From Clostridiales bacterium (GTDB lineage Bacteria; Bacillota; Clostridia; TANB77; CAG-508), in contig DPDV01000007.1 in assembly GCA_003534295.1 (NCBI GenBank), positions 4,127 through 68,126 on the forward strand: a stretch of DNA of 64,000 bases, in the 5' to 3' direction. The translations under genes were made by a program, and so were the position numbers. Every line of letters begins with the position of its first letter. Position 1 is the first letter of the stretch. The notes beneath the pieces are model-generated. The model was given only the letters and a program-made list of their open reading frames with translations. It was not told where the DNA came from and did not search any database. This document shows, piece after piece, positions 1 to 9,358 of the stretch.

Positions 1-595
1 TACCGTTTCCTTGTTCATATAGATTAAATATTAATCTAATTACATCGCTGGCTTCTTCATCTATAACAAGTTTATTTTTGCTTTCTGGGTTTCTTTTATA
101 GCCATAACATACAAAAGAGCCAATATGTAATCCTTGCTGTCTTTTACTATCAAATGTTCTTCTAATATTTTCAGATAAATCTTCTAAATACCACTCATTA
201 ACTAAACCATTAATTTGTCTTGATTTTTTGTTTCCTTTATCTAATGTATCAACATGATCTACAAGGCTAACAAATCTAACATTCCACTCTACAAACTTAT
301 TATGAAGATATTTCTCAACCATTTCCATATCACGAGTAAATCTACTTTGTGTTTTACAAAGTACAATATCAAATTTATGATTTTTAGCATCTTCTAATAA
401 TTTATTAAATTCAGGTCTTTCACTGTCAATTCCAGAATAATCCTCATCACAGTAAATGTTATAAATATCCCAACTCCTTTCTATTGCATAGTTAATTAGC
501 ATAGATTTTTGATTTTGGATACTTTCGCTTTCATCGTTTTCATGAAGCTTGTCATCATCTTCACGAGAAAGCCTACAATAAATTGCTACTCTCAT
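1..595 (-). CDS. large serine recombinase; N-terminal resolvase catalytic domain, 3' end lies beyond the window edge
   Basis: Reading frame is open to position 1. The N-terminus is MRVAIYCRLSREDDDKLHENDESESIQNQK..., the classic Y-x-R-x-S catalytic-serine context of the resolvase/invertase family. Start codon is at 593-595. Confidence 0.75.
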   Translation of the reverse strand, partial: MRVAIYCRLSREDDDKLHENDESESIQNQKSMLINYAIERSWDIYNIYCDEDYSGIDSERPEFNKLLEDAKNHKFDIVLCKTQSRFTRDMEMVEKYLHNKFVEWNVRFVSLVDHVDTLDKGNKKSRQINGLVNEWYLEDLSENIRRTFDSKRQQGLHIGSFVCYGYKRNPESKNKLVIDEEASDVIRLIFNLYEQGNG

Positions 596-660
596 AAGTT
601 TACCCTCCAATCGGTAAACTACTCATTTTGTACAATCTCATTATACAATAACAAGTAGTT

Positions 661-882
661 TTAATTAAGGCTCTTTGCAAATTCATTTACAATTAATTTA
701 TTGACAATATTATTTATAAATTTTGTAATATCATCTATATTGTCATATTTATTCTTTTCAATAACATTAAAATTTACTTTCTCACACATGATATAATCCT
801 CCCATGATATTAATTTATATTCAAAAAGGATTGTATTCGTGCAAAAATACCATTTATTGTAGGATAACTGTATTTTTGTCAA
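661..882 (-). CDS. hypothetical small protein
   Basis: 73-aa ORF between the recombinase start and the cotJC fragment. No recognisable motif. Confidence 0.25.
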   Translation of the reverse strand: MTKIQLSYNKWYFCTNTILFEYKLISWEDYIMCEKVNFNVIEKNKYDNIDDITKFINNIVNKLIVNEFAKSLN

Positions 883-1018
883 GTGAAAAATGGTTCAATT
901 TATAATTGAAAAACGGACCACTTTTAGTTTATCAAAAACAATAAATAATGCCGACAAAAAATGTAGGCATAAAATTACTTGTACAAAATAAGTAGTTACA
1001 TATATATTTTCTTTTAGG

Positions 1019-1366
1019 ATAGTTTACAAACACACACCACATGGAATAGATGTATATCCAGTATCTGCTGCTGGAAATCCATGGACTGCAAGCTATATTG
1101 CAGCAAAAGGAGATCCAATTGCTAACCTTCAAGAAGATTTAGCGGCAGAACAGAAAGCTAGGGCAACTTATGAAAAGCTAATAGATCTTTCAAAAGATGA
1201 TCCGGATGTTGTTGATGTTCTTAGATTTTTACGTCAAAGAGAAGTAGTGCACTTCCAAAGATTTGGAGAGGCGCTTCGAGGAGTGCAGGATAAACTTGCA
1301 GAAAAGAAGTTTTATATGGCAAGTTGTAATAAACAAATGTGTAATAGTAATGATAATAACACCTAA
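1019..1366 (+). pseudogene. cotJC: CotJC-like manganese-catalase-family spore coat protein, 3' fragment (lacks ~100 N-terminal codons and a start)
   Basis: Translation ...HGIDVYPVSAAGNPWTASYIAAKGDPIANLQEDLAAEQKARATYEKLIDLSKDDPDVVDVLRFLRQREVVHFQRFGEAL... matches the C-terminal half of CotJC/Mn-catalase proteins. The frame is closed by a stop at 992-994 and there is no start codon. Confidence 0.6.
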
Positions 1367-1515
1367 TAATAATTGAACTTAAAGAATGCTATAGATAAAA
1401 ATAAATTGACATGAAATTTAAATAGTGTTATAAATATATGCAATGGTAAAAAGTTGCATATATTTTGTTTATTTTATTAAGAAGAGAATAATTCAAGGAG
1501 AAGAATAAGAAATAA

Positions 1516-2403
1516 ATGGAAGAATTAAAGAAATGCGTAATATGTCCTCATAATTGCAATGTGAATAGATTAGAAGGAAAGATGGGAAGGTGCAAGTGTA
1601 AAGACAAAATTAAACTAGCATTAGTATCAACACATAATTACGAAGAACCTTGTATATCAGGAAATAATGGCTCAGGAACAATATTTTTTTCTAACTGTAA
1701 TTTGAATTGCATGTATTGCCAAAATTATGAAATAAGTCAATTGGGCAAAGGAAGAGAAATATCTATAGAAGAATTAGCAAATATTTTTAATGAACAACAG
1801 CAAAGGAAAGTGAATAACATTAATTTAGTTACTCCAACAATGTATGCATTTCAAATAATAGAAGCAATTAAAATAGCAAGAAAGAATGGACTTTCAATAC
1901 CAATTATATATAACACAAATGGATATGAAAAAGTTGAAACATTAAAAGCTTTAGATGGATACATAGACATATATTTGCCAGATTTAAAATATTATTCAAA
2001 TGAACTCTCAAAAAAGTATTCTAAGGTGGATAATTATTTTGATATAGCAACAGAAGCAATAAAAGAAATGTATAGACAAGTTGGCAAACCCAAATTTAAT
2101 AAAGATGGTATAATACAAAAAGGTGTAATTATAAGACATTTGGTTTTACCAAATCATATTCAAAACAGCAAAAATATTTTAAAATGGATAAAGCAAAATA
2201 TGCCAAAAGACATATATGTTAGTGTAATGGCTCAGTATTTTCCAACATATAAAGCCAAAGAAGACAATTATATAAACAGAAAGCTTACAAAAAATGAGTA
2301 TAAAGAAATAGAAAATTATTTATATACACTAGAACTTCAAAATGGATACATACAAGAATTAGGAGAACATGAAGAAGAATATGTTCCAAAGTTTGATTTT
2401 TAA
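1516..2403 (+). CDS. radical SAM protein, PflX/PFL-activase-like
   Basis: N-terminal Cys cluster (CVICPHNCNVNRLEGKMGRCKC) followed by the radical-SAM motif CNLNCMYCQN, which is activase-like (CxxxCxYCxN). About 295 aa, typical of the PflX family. Confidence 0.6.
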   Translation: MEELKKCVICPHNCNVNRLEGKMGRCKCKDKIKLALVSTHNYEEPCISGNNGSGTIFFSNCNLNCMYCQNYEISQLGKGREISIEELANIFNEQQQRKVNNINLVTPTMYAFQIIEAIKIARKNGLSIPIIYNTNGYEKVETLKALDGYIDIYLPDLKYYSNELSKKYSKVDNYFDIATEAIKEMYRQVGKPKFNKDGIIQKGVIIRHLVLPNHIQNSKNILKWIKQNMPKDIYVSVMAQYFPTYKAKEDNYINRKLTKNEYKEIENYLYTLELQNGYIQELGEHEEEYVPKFDF

Positions 2404-2474
2404 TTGAAAGAATGATATAAATAACATATATTTATTATCAATATGAAATGTAATAATATAAGGAGCAATAAAAT

Positions 2475-3668
2475 ATGAAGAAAAAAGTATTAGCCTCAAC
2501 TAAACCAGGATATGAATTGCCAATTGAGCAAGCTATAGAATTTTCAGGATTAGAAGCGGGAATGTGCTATATGCCGGATAATGTAGATGCTCTTTTCTCT
2601 GAAGATAAAGAAAAAACAATAAAAAGAGCGCAAGGAACAATGACATCTGGGCATCATAGCGTATTCGGACATGTGAAGTATAATTTTGCCTTTGAGGAGA
2701 TTCCTAAAATTTTAGCAATGGTTTTAAACAATGAAAAAGTATACGATACATCTGAGAAATCAGCTAGATATACCAAAATGAAAGCATCAGAGGAAGAAGA
2801 AGCATTATATGAAAAGTGGATAAAAATTTATTCTAACGAAATAGAAAAAATATATCCAAAGGTAAAGATAGCAGAAAAGACAGAACAGCAACTGGAAAAG
2901 GAAATAAAAAATAGAAATACAGCAATAAGAAAAAAGGCTCAGGAAAATGCCAGATATTTAATATCTGTATTCACACCAGCAACTACAATGGGACATACTA
3001 TAGATATTAGACAATTTAGCTATATATTGCACTGGATGGACGATTTTTGTAGGAAAGAGCAAAATTCAAAATTTAATGTAATGCTAAAGCAAGTTTTTAA
3101 AGAATTTGAAGAATTATGTGAAAAATATAAAATAGAAAGAGTAAATACAGAAGTAAAGCAACGAGGACTTTCGTTGTTTGCAAAAAGAGAAAGAGAAGAA
3201 GAGTGGGGCGAAAATTATTCTACTAATTATTTAGCAAGCTTTGCGGAGGTCGCACAAGCGCAAAGGCATAGAACAATATATTATGAAATTACATTATTAG
3301 ATGAGCCACAATATTATATTCCTTTAATTATAAAGGATACTGAACTGGAGAAAGAATGGTTAAAAGATATATCATCTTTAGCTAATAGATTTCCACAAGG
3401 AATGCTTGTAAAAGTAAATGAGAGAGGAACTGTAGAAAATTTTATTCTAAAATGTAAAGAAAGATTATGCGGAGAAGCACAATTGGAAATAGAATTACAA
3501 ACTAATGAAACACTACATAAATACTTAGAAAATACAAAAGAAAGTAAACCGATAATATATAATTACTTGTTGCCATATGCAAAAGGTGTAAGATGTACTT
3601 TTCCAGGTTTTAAATGTACTAAACCATGTATATGGGGTGCAAAAGAAGCTTTACAGAGAAAATTTTAG
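2475..3668 (+). CDS. ThyX-like (Thy1-fold) tandem-domain protein
   Basis: The first half carries the ThyX GHxSVFxH motif (TSGHHSVFGHV), a YxxxSxRY segment (VYDTSEKSARY) and an R..L....T.....T.N.R.L..F..LR-like segment. The second half carries QRHRTIYYE (RHR motif). At 397 aa it is about twice canonical ThyX. Confidence 0.45.
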   Translation: MKKKVLASTKPGYELPIEQAIEFSGLEAGMCYMPDNVDALFSEDKEKTIKRAQGTMTSGHHSVFGHVKYNFAFEEIPKILAMVLNNEKVYDTSEKSARYTKMKASEEEEALYEKWIKIYSNEIEKIYPKVKIAEKTEQQLEKEIKNRNTAIRKKAQENARYLISVFTPATTMGHTIDIRQFSYILHWMDDFCRKEQNSKFNVMLKQVFKEFEELCEKYKIERVNTEVKQRGLSLFAKREREEEWGENYSTNYLASFAEVAQAQRHRTIYYEITLLDEPQYYIPLIIKDTELEKEWLKDISSLANRFPQGMLVKVNERGTVENFILKCKERLCGEAQLEIELQTNETLHKYLENTKESKPIIYNYLLPYAKGVRCTFPGFKCTKPCIWGAKEALQRKF

Positions 3669-3711
3669 CAACAGATAAATTAAATATAGAGAATTTCAAA
3701 ATAGAAATTCT

Positions 3712-4407
3712 CTATATTTTTATACCTTCAAGTTCGTGCTCATATTTTTTATAATTAGGACAATACTTTTCAATTATATTCCAAAAACCTTTACTGTGAG
3801 TTTTATATTTTAAATGACAGAATTCGTGTATTACTATATAATCTATAATTTCAGACCTATATCTTGCTATACAAGGGCTAAAGGAAATACATCTATCATC
3901 AAAAGAAAATTTAGCAATAGTATTACCTAAGTCTTCAATGCAATAATCTTCTGGAGCAATGCCTAACAATAACCTAGCTTTTTCCATAGATTTTTCTAAT
4001 TCATTACAGCAAACTTTGAAATATAACTTTTCCATTAATATTCTCAAGATATCAGAATCTTCAAGTTTTTTATATTTAGCAGGTAAAATAACCTCAACTT
4101 TACCATTGATTAAATTGATTGTTGGTTTAATATGGTTTTTATAAAGGATGCAAATATGGTAATCATTTCCTAGTAATTTAATAACACCTTTGTCTAAAAA
4201 AGAATTGCGATTCTTATTATACTCTTCAATTTTGGAAATAATCCATTGCCTTTTTTCAATTATAACTTCTTGAATATGTCGTCTAGAAACATACCAAGGA
4301 GCGTTAACAATAACCTCATTACCATCTACGCAAATACATAAAGCGCCAGACATAGCTTTGTTCACAGTATATGGAATTACGTTATTTTTAAATTTTAAAA
4401 TACTCAT
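3712..4407 (-). CDS. YgjP/DUF45-family M48-like zinc metallohydrolase
   Basis: HEFCHL (HExxH) motif near the C-terminus. About 230 aa, with layout typical of the YgjP family. Start assigned to MSILKFKN. Confidence 0.6.
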   Translation of the reverse strand: MSILKFKNNVIPYTVNKAMSGALCICVDGNEVIVNAPWYVSRRHIQEVIIEKRQWIISKIEEYNKNRNSFLDKGVIKLLGNDYHICILYKNHIKPTINLINGKVEVILPAKYKKLEDSDILRILMEKLYFKVCCNELEKSMEKARLLLGIAPEDYCIEDLGNTIAKFSFDDRCISFSPCIARYRSEIIDYIVIHEFCHLKYKTHSKGFWNIIEKYCPNYKKYEHELEGIKI

Positions 4408-4510
4408 AAGAATTACCTCCAAACGAAAATGATTTCTCAAAAACTTTGTTCGATTATGATTATACAAAATATTGTTCGGTTTGTCAATAACTTTTTAAAA
4501 AAAATATTAG

Positions 4511-4572
4511 GACAATTAGGGACAGTCCCCAAATGTTTCATTTGCACATTTGGGGACTGTCCCTAATTGTTC
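4511..4572. repeat. perfect palindrome with 25-bp arms (CAATTAGGGACAGTCCCCAAATGT / 9-nt loop / reverse complement)
   Basis: Read directly. 4512-4536 pairs perfectly with 4546-4570. T-runs flank it on both strands. It sits in the divergent promoter region between the YgjP-like gene and ylxM. Confidence 0.8.
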
Positions 4573-4596
4573 TTTTTAGATTTTTGAGGTTAAAAG

Positions 4597-4632
4597 TATT
4601 GACAAATTGATAAAAATAGTGTAAAGTATAAT
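4597..4632 (+). promoter_or_regulatory. putative sigma-A promoter for ylxM-ffh (TTGACA, 17-nt spacer, extended -10 TGTAAAGT)
   Basis: TTGACA at 4597-4602. The downstream TAGTGTAAAGTATAAT has the same 15-mer (TAGTGTAAAGTAAT) as the repeated leader motif. Confidence 0.35.
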
Positions 4633-4683
4633 AGCATTACAAATTGAGGAAGTGATTTATTGGAAAAGAAGGTTCAAATAAGT

Positions 4684-5010
4684 ATGCTATTACAAATATA
4701 TGGTGCAATGCTTACGGAAAAACAATATGGACTTTTAGATGATTATTACAATAACGATTTGTCACTTTCGGAAATTGCTGAAAACTATGATATAACAAGG
4801 CAGGCAGTAAGAGACATTATAAAAAAGGGGGAAAATAAACTTTTCGAATTGGAAGAAAAGCTTTCGGTTATGGATAGAATGTTAAAACAAGATAAGAAGA
4901 TTCAACAGATTTTAGAAGAGCTTTGTAAAATACAAAATAGTTCATCTGATAAAAAAATTGAGAAAATTCTTAATAATGTTACAAAAGAATTAAGTTTAAT
5001 GCGAATATAA
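4684..5010 (+). CDS. ylxM: YlxM/UPF0122 putative DNA-binding protein upstream of ffh
   Basis: MLLQIYGAMLTEKQYGLLDDYYNNDLSLSEIAENYDITRQAV... matches the YlxM family. Conserved position before ffh. Confidence 0.7.
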   Translation: MLLQIYGAMLTEKQYGLLDDYYNNDLSLSEIAENYDITRQAVRDIIKKGENKLFELEEKLSVMDRMLKQDKKIQQILEELCKIQNSSSDKKIEKILNNVTKELSLMRI

Positions 5011-5028
5011 TGCAAAGGAGAGTTATTA

Positions 5029-6381
5029 ATGGCTTTTGAAGGTTTAAGTTCTAAATTACAAGCTATAACAAATAAATTAAGAGGTAAAACAAGGATTACA
5101 GAATCTGATTTAAAAGAAATGTTAAGAGAAGTAAAGCTTGCTTTACTTGAAGCAGACGTTAATTATATGATTGTAAAAGAATTTATAGGAACTATACAGG
5201 AAAAGGCTTTAGGGCAAGATGTATTAAAGTCATTAACCCCAGGACAACAGGTTGTTAAAATCGTAAAAGACGAATTAATAGAACTATTAGGAGGAACAGA
5301 GAGCAAAATTAATTTCACTCCAAATCCACCAACAATAATAATGCTTGTGGGATTACAAGGCTCAGGAAAGACAACAACAGCTGGAAAACTGGCAAATATT
5401 TTACGAAAGCAAGGAAAAAAACCATTGCTTGTTGCTTGTGATGTATATAGGCCAGCAGCGATAAAACAACTTCAAGTAGTTGGAGCACAGCTAAATATTC
5501 CGGTATTTGCAAATGAAAATTCGAAAGATGTAGTACACATAGCTAAACAAGCGTTGAATGTGGCAATTAGTAAATTAAATGATGTAATAATACTAGATAC
5601 TGCAGGACGTTTACATATTGACCAAGAGTTAATGACTGAATTGAAGAATGTAAAATCAAATGTAAAACCACATGAAATATTATTAGTAGTTGATAGCATG
5701 ACAGGGCAAGATGCTGTGAATGTTGCAACAGCGTTTAATGAGCAATTGGGAATTGATGGAGTAATACTTACTAAATTAGATGGTGATACTCGTGGTGGAG
5801 CTGCAATTTCAGTTAAAAAAGTTACTAACAGACCTATAAAATTTGTAGCTACAGGAGAAAAATTAAGTGATATAGAAGTGTTTCATCCAGATAGAATGGC
5901 ACAAAGAATCTTGGGAATGGGAGATGTTCTGTCTGTTATAGAAAAGGCAGAAGAGGCATTTGATATTGAAGAAGCAGAAAAAATAGAAAAGCAATTGAAA
6001 AAGAAAGAATTAGACTTAGATGATTATTTAATTCAATTAAGACAGATAAAAAAAATGGGGTCTTTTTCATCCTTATTAAAAATGATACCGGGAATGAATC
6101 AACTTAAAGATATAAAAGTTGATGATAAAGAATTTGAAAAAATAGAATCAATTATATGTTCTATGACAAAAGCAGAGAGAAAGAATCCTAGAATTTTAAA
6201 TGGAAGCAGAAGACTAAGAATTGCAAAAGGTAGTGGTACTACAGTACAGGAAATAAACAAATTTATGAATTCCTTTGAAATGACACAAAAGATGATGAAA
6301 AAAATGCAATCTAACAAAGGCGGAATGAAAAATATGTTAAAAAATATGGACATAGATTCATTAAAAAATATAAAAATGTAG
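5029..6381 (+). CDS. ffh: signal recognition particle protein Ffh
   Basis: GLQGSGKTTTAGKLA P-loop, SRP54 GTPase domain and Met-rich C-terminal M-domain. 450 aa. Confidence 0.95.
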   Translation: MAFEGLSSKLQAITNKLRGKTRITESDLKEMLREVKLALLEADVNYMIVKEFIGTIQEKALGQDVLKSLTPGQQVVKIVKDELIELLGGTESKINFTPNPPTIIMLVGLQGSGKTTTAGKLANILRKQGKKPLLVACDVYRPAAIKQLQVVGAQLNIPVFANENSKDVVHIAKQALNVAISKLNDVIILDTAGRLHIDQELMTELKNVKSNVKPHEILLVVDSMTGQDAVNVATAFNEQLGIDGVILTKLDGDTRGGAAISVKKVTNRPIKFVATGEKLSDIEVFHPDRMAQRILGMGDVLSVIEKAEEAFDIEEAEKIEKQLKKKELDLDDYLIQLRQIKKMGSFSSLLKMIPGMNQLKDIKVDDKEFEKIESIICSMTKAERKNPRILNGSRRLRIAKGSGTTVQEINKFMNSFEMTQKMMKKMQSNKGGMKNMLKNMDIDSLKNIKM

Positions 6382-6393
6382 GAGACTGTTATT

Positions 6394-6966
6394 GTGAGTA
6401 TAAAGATAGTATCAGAAAGAACAAAAGCAGAAAAAGAATGGGAAAAAAGAAAAATAGAAATAGAAGAAATGCTAGAAAATGCAATAATAGAAATTTGTTA
6501 TTTTTTTGAAGGTACTGAAACAAATGTGGGAGAGCGCTTAATTGAGTTAGTACATTACTGTGCTCAAAAGCTAATGCAGAAAGATATAAAAGATGAGGAA
6601 AAGGCTAATTTTGAAAAATACTTAAAGGAGCCAATAGAAGAAGGATTAAAGTATATGATATGCGAATACTGCAATGATGATAGAGCAAATCTCAAAAAAA
6701 ATAATAGAAAATATATAGAATATTTTTTAGGCATGTCAATGATATTAAATGAAACTATGGAAATAAACATAAAAGCTCCAAAACTATTACCATACTATAG
6801 GAACTTGGAAAGGCAATATAAACAAGCAAAACTACAAATGAATCCAAATCATCAAAAAAGAATAGAACAAATGGAAAGAGCATTAGGACTTATAGAACCA
6901 AGTAACGATGAAAGAACAGAGGGAAAAGTAATAGAAATAATAAAAAGAAATGATAGGGAAAAATAA
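6394..6966 (+). CDS. hypothetical protein inserted between ffh and rpsP
   Basis: 190-aa ORF with a GTG start and no recognisable domain. It sits where ffh and rpsP are usually adjacent. Confidence 0.45.
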   Translation: MSIKIVSERTKAEKEWEKRKIEIEEMLENAIIEICYFFEGTETNVGERLIELVHYCAQKLMQKDIKDEEKANFEKYLKEPIEEGLKYMICEYCNDDRANLKKNNRKYIEYFLGMSMILNETMEINIKAPKLLPYYRNLERQYKQAKLQMNPNHQKRIEQMERALGLIEPSNDERTEGKVIEIIKRNDREK

Positions 6967-7025
6967 ATAAGTATTTAATTTTTTAGATTTATATAAATAA
7001 AAGCATTTTGAAAGGGGTGAATTAC

Positions 7026-7259
7026 ATGGTAAAAATAAGATTACAAAGACAAGGTGCAAAAAAAGCTCCATTTTATCACATCGTTGTTGCGGATTCTAGA
7101 TGTCCAAGAGATGGAAAAATAATAGAAAAAATAGGAACATATAATCCTATGACAGAACCATCTACAATAGTATTAGACAAAGAAAAAGTAGAACAATGGA
7201 TAAAAAACGGTGCAAAACCAACAGATTCTGTTAAGGCTTTGATAGAAAAAGCTAAATAG
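7026..7259 (+). CDS. rpsP: 30S ribosomal protein S16
   Basis: [41 protein letters not shown], with an AGGGGTG RBS. Confidence 0.9.
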   Translation: MVKIRLQRQGAKKAPFYHIVVADSRCPRDGKIIEKIGTYNPMTEPSTIVLDKEKVEQWIKNGAKPTDSVKALIEKAK

Positions 7260-7278
7260 AAAAAAGGAGAATTTAATT

Positions 7279-7509
7279 ATGAAAGAAATTCTAGAAACTA
7301 TAGTACTTAACATTGTGGAAAATAAGAATAATGTTGAAGTACTAGAAAAAATAGAAGAAACCACTATAGTATATGAAGTAAAAGTTGAAAAAGAAGATAT
7401 GGGTAAAATTATAGGTAAGCAAGGAAAAGTTGCTCAGGCTATAAGGACACTTATAAAATCTATTGGTGCAAAAGAAAAGAAAAAAATAGTGGTTAAATTT
7501 GTTGAGTAA
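7279..7509 (+). CDS. KH-domain RNA-binding protein (YlqC-like)
   Basis: GKIIGKQGKVAQAIRTLI KH motif. Conserved position between rpsP and rimM. Confidence 0.75.
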   Translation: MKEILETIVLNIVENKNNVEVLEKIEETTIVYEVKVEKEDMGKIIGKQGKVAQAIRTLIKSIGAKEKKKIVVKFVE

Positions 7510-7515
7510 GAGGAA

Positions 7516-8034
7516 ATGCTAATGCAAAAATATTTTGAAGTTGGTCAAATAGTAAATACATTTGGAATAAATGGAACTGTAAAGGTAAAACCTTTTACAG
7601 ATGAAATTGAAAGATTTGAAGAATTGAAGAATGTATTAATTGACAAAAATAATAAACTTATTAAATGTGAAATAGAAAATGTGAAATATCAAAAGCAAAT
7701 GGTTTTGCTTAAATTTAAAGGATTAGACAACATAAATCAAGTAGAACAATATAAAGGGTGTTACCTAAAAATAGAAAGAAAATATGCAAAAAAATTGCCA
7801 GAGGGAACATATTTTATAGCAGATTTAATAGGGCTAAATGTATTTACAGAGGATGGCAAACTTCTAGGATATTTGGAAGACATATACAATGCAGGAAGTA
7901 GCGACATTTATGTTGTGAAAACAGAATTGGGCAAGCAGGTACTTTTACCATCAATAAAAGAGGTAATAAAGCAAGTAGATTTAGAAAATGAGAAGATAAT
8001 AGTTCATTTACTTAAGGGTTTAGTGGAGGATTAA
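7516..8034 (+). CDS. rimM: 16S rRNA processing protein RimM
   Basis: Conserved operon position. Length and PRC-barrel-like C-terminus are consistent with RimM. Confidence 0.85.
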   Translation: MLMQKYFEVGQIVNTFGINGTVKVKPFTDEIERFEELKNVLIDKNNKLIKCEIENVKYQKQMVLLKFKGLDNINQVEQYKGCYLKIERKYAKKLPEGTYFIADLIGLNVFTEDGKLLGYLEDIYNAGSSDIYVVKTELGKQVLLPSIKEVIKQVDLENEKIIVHLLKGLVED

Positions 8035-8715
8035 ATGAAATTTGATGTACTTACTCTTTTTCCGGAAATGTTTGATGGACTAACTAAAAGCATAATTGGA
8101 AAAGCAAGAGAAAGAAAATTAATTGACATTAATTTAATAAACATTAGGGATTTTTCTACTGATAAGCATAAAAAGGTAGATGATACTCCATATGGTGGAG
8201 GCGCAGGAATGGTTATAAGACCAGATGTTGTATATAGTGCATATTTATCAGTAAAGGATAAAAACGCTAAAGTAATATATTTATCGCCTCAGGGAAAAAC
8301 TTTAAATCAAACTAAAGTAGAAGAACTATCAAAGGAAAAACATTTAATTTTACTATGCGGACATTACGAAGGAATTGATCAAAGAATATTAGATGAAATT
8401 GTAGATGAGGAAATATCCATAGGAGACTATGTTTTGACAGGCGGAGAAATACCAGCAATGGTGTTAATTGATTCTGTAAGTAGATATATAGATGGAGTTA
8501 TAAATAAGAACTCAATTTCAGAAGAAACATTTGCAAATGGACTTCTGGAATATCCACAATATACAAGACCAGAAATATTTTTAGGAAAAAAAGTTCCAGA
8601 TGTTTTATTATCAGGACATCACGAAAATATAAAGAAGTGGAGAAACCAAGTTTCTTTACAAATAACTAAAAATAAAAGACCAGATTTATTAAAAAAGGAA
8701 GGAGGATATCAATAA
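8035..8715 (+). CDS. trmD: tRNA (guanine37-N1)-methyltransferase TrmD
   Basis: [14 protein letters not shown]-terminus and SPOUT fold motifs. Confidence 0.9.
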   Translation: MKFDVLTLFPEMFDGLTKSIIGKARERKLIDINLINIRDFSTDKHKKVDDTPYGGGAGMVIRPDVVYSAYLSVKDKNAKVIYLSPQGKTLNQTKVEELSKEKHLILLCGHYEGIDQRILDEIVDEEISIGDYVLTGGEIPAMVLIDSVSRYIDGVINKNSISEETFANGLLEYPQYTRPEIFLGKKVPDVLLSGHHENIKKWRNQVSLQITKNKRPDLLKKEGGYQ

Positions 8716-9251
8716 TGGATATCATAAAATCAGTAGAACACGAACAATTGAAAAATAAGATACCAGAACTTAGAGTTGGAAATACTGTAAGAGTACACCA
8801 AAGGATAAAAGAAGGAAACAGAGAGAGAGTTCAAGTATTTGAAGGAATTATAATAAAAAAACAGGGTGGAGGAGTAAATGCTACATTTACTGTAAGAAAA
8901 ATTGCTTATGGAGTAGGTGTAGAAAAAACATTTATGGTTCATTCTCCAATGGTAGAAAAAGTAGAAGTAGTAAGAGTAGGTAAAGCAAGAAGAGCAAAAC
9001 TATATTACCTAAGAGATAGAGTTGGAAAAGCAGCTAAGACAAAAGAAAATATAGGTGCAAGAATAGAAAACAAAGAAATAATAATAAAAGAAGAAGTTAT
9101 AGAAGAACCTATATCTGAAGAAGCAACAGTATCTGTTGAAAATGCAGCAGAAGAAGCACCAGCTGTAACAACAGAAACTACAGTTGTAGAAGAAGTTGTT
9201 GATACAGTAAAAGAAGAAAATGTTGAAACAGTAAAAGAAGAAAATAAATAA
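8715..9251 (+). CDS. rplS: 50S ribosomal protein L19 with ~60-aa acidic C-terminal extension
   Basis: The N-terminal ~115 aa match L19. The tail is rich in E, V and T ([53 protein letters not shown]). Confidence 0.85.
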   Translation: MDIIKSVEHEQLKNKIPELRVGNTVRVHQRIKEGNRERVQVFEGIIIKKQGGGVNATFTVRKIAYGVGVEKTFMVHSPMVEKVEVVRVGKARRAKLYYLRDRVGKAAKTKENIGARIENKEIIIKEEVIEEPISEEATVSVENAAEEAPAVTTETTVVEEVVDTVKEENVETVKEENK

Positions 9252-9295
9252 GAAAAGTTACTTCGTCATATGTACGTTGGATTAACTTAATAATG

Positions 9296-9330
9296 AAAAT
9301 AGAATTTGTCTCAAGACAAATTCTATTTTA
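9296..9330 (+). terminator. rho-independent terminator after rplS (bidirectional with the convergent Lon-like gene)
   Basis: AAAATAGAATTTGTC-TCAA-GACAAATTCTATTTT hairpin with a T-run. Confidence 0.6.
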
Positions 9331-9358
9331 GCATTATATGGAAAATTATTTTACTATT

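Noticed and set aside
932-1132. 66-aa minus-strand ORF overlapping the cotJC fragment
   Set aside because: It is antisense to a frame with clear CotJC homology and has no RBS.
5315-6353. Minus-strand ORFs of 65-84 aa inside ffh (5315-5512, 5472-5699, 6099-6353)
   Set aside because: They lie antisense within a highly conserved gene and have low-complexity translations. They are typical shadow ORFs in AT-rich DNA.
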